64,000 nucleotides of DNA from Octopus sinensis (GCF_006345805.1 NC_042998.1:164362001-164426000); one strand, 5' to 3'; shown: positions 51,357 to 60,960, counted from the stretch's first letter. Made by a program: numbers and translations. Notes: generated by a model from the letters alone, not told the origin.

Positions 51357-51755
51357 TCTTTTACTCTCTTTACTCTTTTACTTGTTTCAGTCATTTGACT
51401 GCGGCCATGCTGGAGCACCGCCTTTAGTCGAGCAAATCGACCCGGGACTTATTCTTTGTAAGCCCAGTACTTATTCTATCCCAGTACTTATTCTAAGTGA
51501 CGGAGACGTAAACACACCAACATCGGTTGTCAAGCAATGCTAGGGGGACAAACACAGACACACAAACATACACACACACATACATATATATATACATATA
51601 TACGACAGGTTTCTTTCAGTTTCCGTCTACCAAATCCACTCACAAGGCATTGGTCGGCCCGGGGCTATAGCAGAAGACACTTGCCCAAGATGCCACGCAG
51701 TGGGACTGAACCCGGAACCATGTGGTTGGTTAGCAAGCTACTTACCACACAGCCA
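51355..51755 (-). mobile_element. SINE family B, full length
   Basis: Tail, (CA)/(TA)n and head all present. Confidence 0.9.
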
Positions 51756-52455
51756 AAAGTTTGCTTATATATAAATATTAATGTAATCTAAAACCTAAAA
51801 GAGACGGGGTTGTGTTAGAGGACCGCGCATAGAGCCGAATCAAACTGTTTTAATATAATTCCTACTAAATGTTTTGGGTGCCTTTTTCTTTCGTTTGTCC
51901 ACTCATTTGTGCATATACATACATACATACATACATACACAAGTGAGTGGACAAACGAAAGAAAAAGGCAGTCAAAACACACACACACACACACACACAT
52001 ATCAAAATACGAAAGTAAAGAAAAGATGAAGAGAACGAAAGGCAATAAATAAACTACAGGAAGAACAAGAAAGTAAGAAGAAATTGAAAGCAAAAGAAAG
52101 GAAGCAGCCTCGAATTTAGATGAGTTCAGTTGGTTATTTGAAATGGTAAATGTTTACTCGAACTATAATTGATTGTATTTTTTGTTCTTTTTTCCTTTTT
52201 AGCAAAAAAGAGACAATACGTATGAGAGAGAGAGAGAGAGAGAGGGGGATAAGGAAGCAGTGATAATGAGGAGAAGGAGGAGAAGACAATTTATGTGGCT
52301 GTTTCATTATTTTTTGGTGGTCGCTGTAATGTTGTTGAGTTTGGTTGGGGAGAGAAGATACGATTGAAATAGTTCACCTCCCAAGACGTCTTTTCACATT
52401 TAGAAACCCAGCAATGTCTCATTTGGCATTGTTTTGACTATTTCTGTTAATCAGG

Positions 52456-52501
<46 letters not shown>

Positions 52502-52608
52502 TCATATATATATCATCATATGCACACATATACATAAGCATATATATATATATACGCACAAACATATATATAAATATATGTGTGTGTGTGTATATATATA
52601 TATATATA

Positions 52609-52836
52609 CTGTTGTGTCTGGGGAGAGTCATTTTCTCTTTGTGCCTCATAATGTAACTCACTCACCGGTAAAATTTTCACTTATTTCTTATTTTTATTTT
52701 CCTAAAATTTTCGTTGCGTCTTCTAAACTTTTCAATAGTCTTGATTCTCAAAAAATAAGAAATAAGTGGAAATTTTACCGGTGCGTGTGTTACATTATAA
52801 GGCACAAAAGAAAATGACTCTCCCCAGACACAACAG
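52609..52836. mobile_element. MITE (228 bp) with ~85-bp TIRs
   Basis: ctgttgtgtctggggagagtcattttc... / ...gaaaatgactctccccagacacaacag. Confidence 0.9.
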
Positions 52837-52895
52837 AATATTCTTCAACACACGAACGCATAGACAGAATCTTGCAAACTAAATACAAAAACGAA

Positions 52896-52928
<33 letters not shown>

Positions 52929-53034
52929 TGTATGTATGTATGTATGTATGTATGTATGTATGCATGTATGTATGTATATTACATATCTATGTATATGTGT
53001 GTGCTTGTGTATGTGAGTTTTTGTGTGTATGTAA

Positions 53035-53250
53035 GGGCGCATGGCCTAGTGGTTAATGTGTCGCACTCACGATCGCAAGATTGCTGTTTCAATTCTGTTA
53101 CCGGGATGTGCATTGTATTCCTGAACAAAGCACATCATTCTACGTTGCTCTATGGTCACGTCGACACCTGACGTGTTGTACACCGTTCACTTATTCAGGA
53201 AATGTCGATTTGATGAAGGGGTGTGCTAATGCACAGCACATACATTTGAT
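53035..53250 (+). mobile_element. Decayed SINE family C-like copy
   Basis: gggcgcatggcctagtggttaatgtgtcg head followed by ctgaacaaagcacatcattctacgttgctc. Confidence 0.65.
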
Positions 53251-53260
53251 CACTATAAAC

Positions 53261-53510
53261 TAGTGGGTCTCAACCACTTTTTTGCCAATGGACACCTTTG
53301 ATTCCAATTTCACACAGGTGGAGCCTCAACCTCTCATAACCATCCCATGTTGAAAAATATATTGTATTTTTATTATTAAATATTATCAGAAATTGTATTT
53401 AATAAATACTTAAATTATCTGTGTTGTACAAGTATAACTAATTTCTTGCACATAAACTTATACGACAAAACCTTATATGGACCCCTATGAGCCATATGGA
53501 TCCCCATATG
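53261..53510. mobile_element. hAT-type MITE, one end only
   Basis: tagtgggtctcaaccactttttt resembles the CAGTGGTTCTCAAC TIR. The other TIR was not found. Confidence 0.5.
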
Positions 53511-53565
53511 TTTTTCTCGGACTACGATAGACTACCTTCATATATATATACATACATACATACAT

Positions 53566-53623
<58 letters not shown>

Positions 53624-53683
53624 AGGGAGAATTCACAAAAAATACAAAAGACGAAGACAGGTGACGTAGACAATAAACGGATG

Positions 53684-53694
<11 letters not shown>

Positions 53695-53728
<34 letters not shown>

Positions 53729-54000
53729 TTCGTTTTTGTATTTAGTTTGCAAGATTCTTTATATGCGTTCGTGTGTTGAAGAATATTCTGTTGTGTCTGG
53801 GGAGAGTCATTTTCTTTTTGTACCTTATAATGTAACACACGCACCGGTAAAATTTCCACTTATTTCTTATTTTTTGAGAATCAAGACTATTGAAAAGTTT
53901 AGAAGACGCAACGAAAATTTTAGGTAAATAAAAATAAGAAATAAGTGAAAATTTTACCGGTGAGTGTGTTACATTATGAGGCACAAAGAGAAAATGACTC
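53695..54000 (-). repeat. Inverted duplicate of 52621-52930 (MITE plus flank), inside a Penelope-related repeat (53621-54120)
   Basis: Only a few differences from the reverse complement of 52621-52930. The last 16 nt of one TIR are missing. Confidence 0.88.
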
Positions 54001-54381
54001 TAGGGAAATGACGCTCGGGAAATGAAGAAGTCTTTAACATTTCGAGCCTACGCTCTTCCACAGAAAGGAACACATAAAGAAACAAGGAGAGAAAATAAAG
54101 AATGTGTAGTGACTAGCGATGTATGTTTGTATGTATGTATGTATGTATGTATGTATGTATGTATGTATGTATGTATGTATGTATGTATGTATAATACATA
54201 CATGCGTTCATGTGTGTGTGTGTGTGGGGGTGCAGTTAATGATACACTATATATGCTACTAAATAGATTGTAAGTTTGAATCTGGTATCCGAGGAGAGTG
54301 ACCAGCTGCTGACCGCTGACAAACTTTCAAGTGTCCTTCATGCACCTATTGAATGTTATTGTTGCGACTTATATACAAAGC

Positions 54382-54656
54382 TGTAGTATGTGTGGTGAAA
54401 GGAGCGTAACAGAACAAGGAAAGAATTAGAAGTGTAATTTGGTCTTACCTGCGGAGATGAAGTCGGATCGCCTTCAGCCAACTTGCTAGCGTCTTGTCGT
54501 CTTCGCGTCGTTCTCAAGTCTGTCTCGCCTGGTCAAATGCCGCACGTGCGTTCTGTTTGTCACTTCCGCTTCCGCCGGCGCATGCGCCCTGCAAGACCTG
54601 CAAGCCCCACTTCCGCTCCCTCCCGCTCCGTCACACTCCTTCAACACCACACCACA
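54382..54656 (-). repeat. 3' LTR (275 bp)
   Basis: Direct repeat of 58357-58628, preceded on the element strand by the PPT. Confidence 0.97.
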
Positions 54657-54665
54657 CGCCCCCCT
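54657..54665 (-). other. Polypurine tract (AGGGGGGCG)
   Basis: Abuts the 3' LTR on the element strand. Confidence 0.9.
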
Positions 54666-54692
54666 GATCTATAGATCACTGAACCGGCTTCC

Positions 54693-56192
54693 TCACTCGC
54701 TCCCGCACCTGAAACTGGTTTCATAGTCAGCCAACCAGGGAGGAGGGTGCCGCTCCCTCTGTGGTCGCAGTGCGACCCTAGGACTTGTTTCTGGCGTGTT
54801 GCTGCCGACCTCGTCATCCTGTCTGTTGTTATCGTCTTGCCCACTGTTGCTTGTCCCATCCTCCGGGGCATGGACAATCCTCCGTATGTCCAAAACGTGG
54901 CGTGGCATACCATCGACCGAGATGTTATTCTTTGAATTTACGGAGGTTATTGTCCCCTTTCCCCATTGCGATGTACACCGTGCGTTTGGGGGTTTTACCC
55001 AGACTTCCTCCCCGACCTGCACGAAGGCGTGCTCTTCCTCTGCCCCGGGTCGCATTGATGTAGTACACGGATGCCTCCACTCGTACCTGAATATTGCCCT
55101 GTGTGGCACCGACTCCTCAGCCTGTCCTGATCTGGGCGACATGTTGTACCAAAACACGGCCTCGACTGGTGAAATGTGACCCCTCTCTGCCATGGCCTTG
55201 ATGGTACGATGATGCCTTTCCACCACCCCGTTTCCACTTGGCCGGTATGCCGCCCTGAAGAAGCGGTTGACCTTCCACTCATCAAGCATTTCTCTCAGCG
55301 CCTCCGAGCGAAATGCAGTGCCGTTGTCCAGAAGCAGTTCATCCACGGGGCCTCGTTCCAGGAATATCTCGTTCAACACTTTCGCAATTTCTTCTGCGGT
55401 TCCCGACCTCATCTCCCTCCATATGGCGAACCGCCCCGGTCCGCAGTCAACCATTGAGAGGTATGTCCCCTGCCGGTAGTGTGTTATGTCCACCGCCAGT
55501 CGTCTCCAGTCCTGGTCCACTGGAATACTTCCCGCTTCATGCACGACCGGAGCAGGGTCGATGGACTGGCACCTGTCACAACTGCTAACCACTCTCCGCA
55601 CGCTCTGTCTTGTTACGTCAGAGTCGACTTTTCTGGCTAGGAACAACGTCCTGTCCACACCCATGTGATGCATGGTGTGCAGTCTCCGCAACTCCGAGTC
55701 GCTCAGATGGCATACTGCAGCTACATCCTGCTTCGCATCCTCTGGCACTTGCAACCAGGCTCGCTTAACCCTGGTCAGGACGTCTGCCCTGTTCTTCTCG
55801 GAAGGCACAAAGATCACGCTCAGCTTCAGATTGAACTCAGTGGTTAGTTCACGCAGTATTCCTAATCGACGCTTTACCAGCATCTCTGCAGCCCCTTTGG
55901 TCCGCACCCTCCGCTCATCGGTGATGACTGCCGTCGCCCAACCAAGTACAGTGGCTGAATCAGTCCTGATTTCTATGGTGTGCAACCCCCATTTCAAGGC
56001 TAGGTTCACCCCCTTCAGCACGGCTTCCAACTCCGCCACGTTGATGTGACTGCAGTCATCCATCTTCCTGAGCCAGGCTGCATCTTCCACCGTGACACCT
56101 CCCACTTCCAAGACGACCCCTATTGCGATGCTACTGGCGTCACACCATACGATCCCGCTCTTTGATTTGGGAACATACCAGCTGCCCCTCAC
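54693..56192 (-). CDS. pol: Pol C-terminal part: RNase H and integrase
   Basis: WCDASS, HINVAELEAV, RTDS, NRADVLTR (RNase H). H..HH..CDRC zinc finger. LAVDITH / LLDNG / VVERH with exactly 35 residues between D and E. Confidence 0.95.
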   Translation of the reverse strand: MRGSWYVPKSKSGIVWCDASSIAIGVVLEVGGVTVEDAAWLRKMDDCSHINVAELEAVLKGVNLALKWGLHTIEIRTDSATVLGWATAVITDERRVRTKGAAEMLVKRRLGILRELTTEFNLKLSVIFVPSEKNRADVLTRVKRAWLQVPEDAKQDVAAVCHLSDSELRRLHTMHHMGVDRTLFLARKVDSDVTRQSVRRVVSSCDRCQSIDPAPVVHEAGSIPVDQDWRRLAVDITHYRQGTYLSMVDCGPGRFAIWREMRSGTAEEIAKVLNEIFLERGPVDELLLDNGTAFRSEALREMLDEWKVNRFFRAAYRPSGNGVVERHHRTIKAMAERGHISPVEAVFWYNMSPRSGQAEESVPHRAIFRYEWRHPCTTSMRPGAEEEHAFVQVGEEVWVKPPNARCTSQWGKGTITSVNSKNNISVDGMPRHVLDIRRIVHAPEDGTSNSGQDDNNRQDDEVGSNTPETSPRVALRPQRERHPPPWLADYETSFRCGSE

Positions 56193-57604
56193 GGGTCCTC
56201 TGCTCCTACTCTGACCAGGACTTCCTGCATCATGTCGATCGTCCTCTCCCCCACTTTATCATTCCACTTCACTCCTTCGGCTCGTCTCTTGATGAAGCTG
56301 CATGCTGTCCGGAGCCAGCCTGCAATCGGGTAGTGTCCCACCAGTTTCCCACACACAGAGAACAGTTCCCGTCTACTCATGCTGGCGCCCAGTTCAGGGA
56401 TCTCATTCCCTCGCCGGAACACCAAGGCGCCGGCTTTGTCTCTCCATAGCCTGAGGCCCAGTGCAGCACCTCCCTCCATAGCCTCTGGCGGCTTGGCGAT
56501 CAGTCCAAAACTCTTCAGGTGGCCTATGACCTCCGTTGCTGGTATCACGGTTTCATCCACCAGAATGTCGTCGATGTATGAATTGGTGGCCCTTTTTACT
56601 CTGTCCACCTCCCCCAGGATGGCCTTGAGAATTGTTGCCATAATCTTCGGCGCTGAATTCAGCCCGAATCCCAACCTGGTCAGACAGTACGTCCGGCCCC
56701 TATACCTGACGAGCTGGTACCTCCATAGTTTCTCAGCCACATGCACCTGAAGGTATGCCGACTTTAAATCGACAATCGTGGAGGCCCCCGCCGTCTGCCT
56801 CCACTCTCGCAAGGTGTCTCCGCAGACATCCGTGGCCTCGCCGCCTGTATGACACGACACGTGGTCATTCAGCTCTCGGAAGTCGAGCACTGGCCTGACC
56901 TTACGCTTTGTGGGCTGTATCACCGCCATCAGTGGCAGGACTCCGCTCTCTTCTTTTTCCCAGGGGATCAGTATGCCCTCCTTAATCCACCGCTCCACCT
57001 CCCCCTCGAACTCACTTCTGGCATCTCCTTTTAGAGTATGCTGATAACAGCCCACTTTATTCTTTAACATCGGGGGCTCTCCCTTCCAGTGCCACTCCAC
57101 TGTCCATCTTTCGCCATCAAAGACAGCCCGAAAATCCTGGTCTTCAATGGTGTGCGCCGCATCCATTTCCTCACGGTTGTCGTCGGTGCGTGGTCTCGCC
57201 CTACACGGCTTCCCTGCTAGCTCAAACGTTACGCCAGCCTCGTTGACGGTAACACCTCCCAGACGGGTGATCGCATCCATCCCCATCACCACGTCGATCT
57301 CGTCCACCAAGTGACCGACCACAATCGCTCGCAACGTCAGCTGCAGTCCCTGCACCACAATCTGCGCATCCGTAACCCCTTCGCAGTGCACTTCTCTTCC
57401 GTCGACTGCCCTAACACTGCTTCCTCCACTCCACGTCTCTGCCACTTCTGTGGTCATCAGGGTCGTCGTACAGCCCGTGTCCACCAGGGCTCGCGACATC
57501 TTCCCCTTCACCAGAATGTCGACCACAGGTAACGATGAGAAACGCGCCGCTACTAATCCAAAGGGACAACTACCGGCGCAGTAGTCTCCCGCGGTCCGTT
57601 TCCC
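56189..57604 (-). CDS. pol: Pol N-terminal part: aspartic protease and reverse transcriptase (entered by -1 frameshift)
   Basis: ALVDTGC protease; VRPVLDFRELN, IVDLKSAYLQV, RLGFGLNSAP, SYIDDILV. Ends ..EDP* with the VRGSW continuation in the -1 frame. Confidence 0.95.
   Translation of the reverse strand, partial: GKRTAGDYCAGSCPFGLVAARFSSLPVVDILVKGKMSRALVDTGCTTTLMTTEVAETWSGGSSVRAVDGREVHCEGVTDAQIVVQGLQLTLRAIVVGHLVDEIDVVMGMDAITRLGGVTVNEAGVTFELAGKPCRARPRTDDNREEMDAAHTIEDQDFRAVFDGERWTVEWHWKGEPPMLKNKVGCYQHTLKGDARSEFEGEVERWIKEGILIPWEKEESGVLPLMAVIQPTKRKVRPVLDFRELNDHVSCHTGGEATDVCGDTLREWRQTAGASTIVDLKSAYLQVHVAEKLWRYQLVRYRGRTYCLTRLGFGLNSAPKIMATILKAILGEVDRVKRATNSYIDDILVDETVIPATEVIGHLKSFGLIAKPPEAMEGGAALGLRLWRDKAGALVFRRGNEIPELGASMSRRELFSVCGKLVGHYPIAGWLRTACSFIKRRAEGVKWNDKVGERTIDMMQEVLVRVGAEDP
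57543..57604 (-). promoter_or_regulatory. -1 programmed ribosomal frameshift signal (G GGA AAC plus H-type pseudoknot)
   Basis: In-phase heptamer at 57598-57604, 7-nt spacer, stem 1 GGGAGACTAC/GTAGTTGTCCC, stem 2 GCGCCG/CGGCGC. Confidence 0.85.
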
Positions 57605-58308
57605 CGCAGACACTCGCTGGCCACATGCCCCGGCTCTCGACACCGGTAGCAAATCACCTCAGGCTTGGGCGACGCGCAGTCACGGACCATGTGTGGGCCC
57701 TGGCACCGGAAACACTGTCCCTTGAACGATCGCACGCGTTCTTTCCCCAGCCCCTCTCCGTTGCTCCTAGCTGGGCCACTTTTCGACGTTACAGTCGCTG
57801 CTACCGACGTCAACCTGCTGCACGACACCAGTACACGTGCCCGCGATATGATCTCGGCCATCGGCATCGAACGCACGTTCGGGAGCTTCTGTAGCTCGAC
57901 CGACATAATGTCGGGAAAGCCGGTCACGAACGCTAACCTAACCGTGCGTTCTAGCGACTCTCCCTCATATCCCGCAAGTTTAGCCAACCTTCTAAGCTCA
58001 CCGGCGAACACGTCCACCTGTTGTCCTGTCCACCTCATTCTACCCAGTCGAGTGTACGCTTCAAACATTCCTTCCGCGAAGGCCTCCATAAGTCGGATCT
58101 CCACCTTGTCCGCAATGAGTTGGTCCGTCTCCTCCATCTCCAGATATAACGCCAACGCCGGGCCATCCAAATACAACGGCATAAAACTAGCCAGGTCAGC
58201 TATGCCGTGTAGCTTCGCCACCAATTTTACCCTCCTCAACCAAGCGACCACGTCGGTGTCGCCGCAAAACGGTGTTATAGGGTCGCGTGAAATCATAGCA
58301 GTCTGCAT
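57553..58308 (-). CDS. gag: Gag (251 aa) with two zinc knuckles
   Basis: Intact ATG-initiated ORF. CFRCQGPHMVRDC (CX2CX3HX4C) and CYRCREPGHVASEC (CX2CX4HX4C). Confidence 0.95.
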   Translation of the reverse strand: MQTAMISRDPITPFCGDTDVVAWLRRVKLVAKLHGIADLASFMPLYLDGPALALYLEMEETDQLIADKVEIRLMEAFAEGMFEAYTRLGRMRWTGQQVDVFAGELRRLAKLAGYEGESLERTVRLAFVTGFPDIMSVELQKLPNVRSMPMAEIISRARVLVSCSRLTSVAATVTSKSGPARSNGEGLGKERVRSFKGQCFRCQGPHMVRDCASPKPEVICYRCREPGHVASECLRGNGPRETTAPVVVPLD

Positions 58309-58344
58309 AATTTTCTATTTTTTACGAAACCGAGTGATTATTTC

Positions 58345-58356
58345 GCCGAAATAGCT
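58345..58356 (-). other. Atypical primer-binding site complementary to the 5' 12 nt of tRNA-Phe(GAA)
   Basis: Element strand AGCTATTTCGGC abuts the 5' LTR. Its complement GCCGAAATAGCT is the conserved start of animal cytosolic tRNA-Phe. Confidence 0.75.
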
Positions 58357-58628
58357 TGTAGTATGTGTGGTGAAAGGAGCGTAACAGAACAAGGAAAGAA
58401 TTAGAAGTGTAATTTGGTCTTACCTGCGGAGATGAAGTCGGATCGCCTTCAGCCAACTTGCTAGCGTCTTGTCTTCGCGTCGTTCTCAAGTCTGTCTCGC
58501 CTGGTCAAATGCCGCACGTGCGTTCTGTTTGTCACTTCCGCTTCCGCCGGCGCATGCGCCCTGCAAGACCTGCAAGCCCCACTTCCGCTCCCTCCCGCTC
58601 CGTCACACTCCTTCAACACCACACCACA
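58357..58628 (-). repeat. 5' LTR (272 bp)
   Basis: Upstream of gag on the element strand. Contains ETS/GABP-like, NRF1-like and E-box motifs and a CAG|GTAAGA donor. Confidence 0.97.
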
Positions 58629-59054
58629 AAAGCCATATTGCTCTGCATCTAAAGAATACGACTGTAGTTGATTAGCAAAGATCTCATTCACAAATGCACT
58701 ATATTCACTGGACTACAAACATGACGTTTTCCATCTCTGACTCTTTTACTGGCATTTTTCTATATTCTTCAAGTGTTAAGTTTTATAATACCCTGATCCC
58801 AGAACAAACTAGCGAACCCGTCTTTTCTCCAATCATCATTACCACACTGTCTTAATTAAATGATTCTCAAGTTAATGTGTGAAAAACGAAATAGAGATTT
58901 TGAAAGAAATTTCTATGAAACTAGTTTTTGAACATTGAATGGCTGGCGGGAGAGGTGGCATCACAATTGAATACGCGTGTGTGTGTGTGTGTGTATTTAT
59001 GTATGTATGCATATGTGAACATGTTTGTAGCTAATATTGGTGTAGTTGTGAGGT

Positions 59055-59270
59055 AGCAAGCTGGCAGAATCGTTAGCACACCCGGGCAAAATGCTCAGCA
59101 GCATTTTGTCCGTTTTCACTTTATGAGTTCAAATATCTCCGTGGTCCATTTTGTCTTTCGTCCTTTTGGGGTCGATAAAATAAATAACAGCTGGACACTG
59201 GGATTGATGTAATCGACTTATCTGCACCCCCGAGATTTCTGGCCCTGTGGCAAAATATGAAACCAGTATT
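59055..59270 (+). mobile_element. Decayed SINE family A
   Basis: Head gcaagctggcagaatcgttagcac, body and tail. Confidence 0.8.
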
Positions 59271-59677
59271 GGAGTATTTAGATCATATCACTGATATTGG
59301 AAACATATCTTTCAAATATAGATGAAAATAGCACGAAAGTCTTTAAAAGATATTTGTTTTGTTATCACATGATTCCGAGTTCAAGTCCACGATAAAATCA
59401 AACGAATTTGGTAATAAAGCAGTTTTACATTGTTTTATTTTTGTTTTGTTTTTTTTTGTGTTGTTTTTTCAATAATATTTCTGTAATAATAAAATCCCCT
59501 CCTCCGCTGCCTCTACCCACCAATAATTTTACTATGGGCGTCATTCCAGAGAAATTAAGGTTTGATCGTCAACCGCTTCAACCTCATCAACCTCCCTAGT
59601 CTGAGAAGACAGACAATATCTCTTCCTCTTTCCTTCACCAAATTTATAATTTTTGAATAGATGCCCCATCGCAAAAA

Positions 59678-59708
<31 letters not shown>

Positions 59709-60064
59709 AATAAGTTTAATTAAGAAATTAATGCAGTCATATTGGCTTTATTAAAAACTGTAAATAGAGCTAGCATTGATTAATATTCTTCAGTTCACTG
59801 TTTGGATTAACCTTTTGCCAACTTAGCATCGATAAAATAATTATCAGAAAAAATTAATCTTACATATTGATTGATTCATGTACAACGGTGATGGATCTTG
59901 ATTTTTTTAAAAAATGGTTTTTAGCTGTTATTGTATTAGTAATGTTATTGTTGTTGTTGTTATTGTTGTTGTTGCTGTTGTTGTTGTTTAACTTCAAGTT
60001 AGTCTTGAATCAGCAGACTTAAGGTCAAAGTTGTTCCGGCCATTATTTTCCAATTTTATGTCTT

Positions 60065-60306
60065 TTATCTTTTACTTGTTTCGGTCATTAGACTGCAGCC
60101 ATGTTGGGCCACCGCCATGAAGGACTTTAGTCGAAAAAATCGAACCCAGGACATTTTTTTTTTGTTTTTGTTTTAGCCTAGTATTTATTCTACCCGTCTT
60201 TTTTGCCAAACCACCAAGTTACACAGCATACCAACACCGGTAGTCAAGCGGTGGTGGGGAACGACTACCGACGCAAAGACACACATACATCAATACACAC
60301 ACACAC

Positions 60307-60348
<42 letters not shown>

Positions 60349-60960
60349 ATCATATCGAAAGGAAATGGAACTTAATAGAAATTTTCACTTCCAGTGGCCT
60401 GGCGTGTAAAAATTTAGTCCAAAGACTATGTATTACTCATAAAAAAAATACAGTGTACATTTAAACACATAAGGAATCCTCTCTAGAAAGAACAGCTAGG
60501 TTCAATAACCACAAAATTAGGGATAAAGTCCCGACAAGAACGAAATGAAAAAATGAAAACTTTTACCATCTAGTTTCCTGGACAATTGGTTTCTGATTTT
60601 AGTTTAGCAAATAAATAATATTCTTAGGTGAAATCTTCGTCCACAGGTACACCTTAGATTAAATATATAAAACACGAGGCAATCAACTATGTGCCTCTTG
60701 TTTATACATCCTAATTTTTTCAAAATCTACTGCGCAGACGCAGCCCCTCGTCGGCAAAAAAAAAAATGGCAACTTTTAAAATTGAATTATATATATATAT
60801 ATACGACGGGATTCTTTCAGTTTCTGTCCAGCAAATCCATTCCTAATTGGGTGGTCGACCCGAGGGTATAATAGAAGACACTTGCACAAGGTACCTCGCA
60901 GTGAGACTGAACCCGGAACCATGTGGTTGGGAAGCTAGCTTTTTACCACACAGTCACGAT
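60065..60960 (-). mobile_element. SINE family B split by a hammerhead-family monomer (60349-60790) in its internal (TA)n
   Basis: Tail 60065-60290, head 60800-60960. The insert is a diverged homologue of the 38383 unit and starts at the same atcatatc boundary. Confidence 0.85.
60577..60647 (-). ncRNA. Degenerate hammerhead motif
   Basis: Stem I CCTG/CAGG, mutated core TGGACGA, A-GATT...AATC-A, GAAA, CCAATTG, TC. Confidence 0.5.

Larger units (their letters stand above)
54382..58628 (-). mobile_element. Full-length Ty3/Gypsy LTR retrotransposon (4247 bp), recent insertion
   Basis: TG..CA LTRs at 54382-54656 and 58357-58628, identical except for one 3-bp indel. TSD AAAGC at 54377-54381 and 58629-58633. 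Domain order gag-PR-RT-RH-IN. Polypurine tract present. Confidence 0.98.

Noticed and set aside
54641-57894. Antisense and alternative-frame ORFs over the LTR element
   Set aside because: Expected shadows of GC-rich coding sequence, with no motifs of their own (no env-like ORF).
58415-58435. cttacctg resembling the U1 snRNA 5' end
   Set aside because: Only the 8-nt splice-site complement matches; it is simply a donor site on the opposite strand.
58357-58628. Tf1/sushi-type self-priming for the LTR element
   Set aside because: No sequence in the LTR is complementary to the PBS on the element strand.
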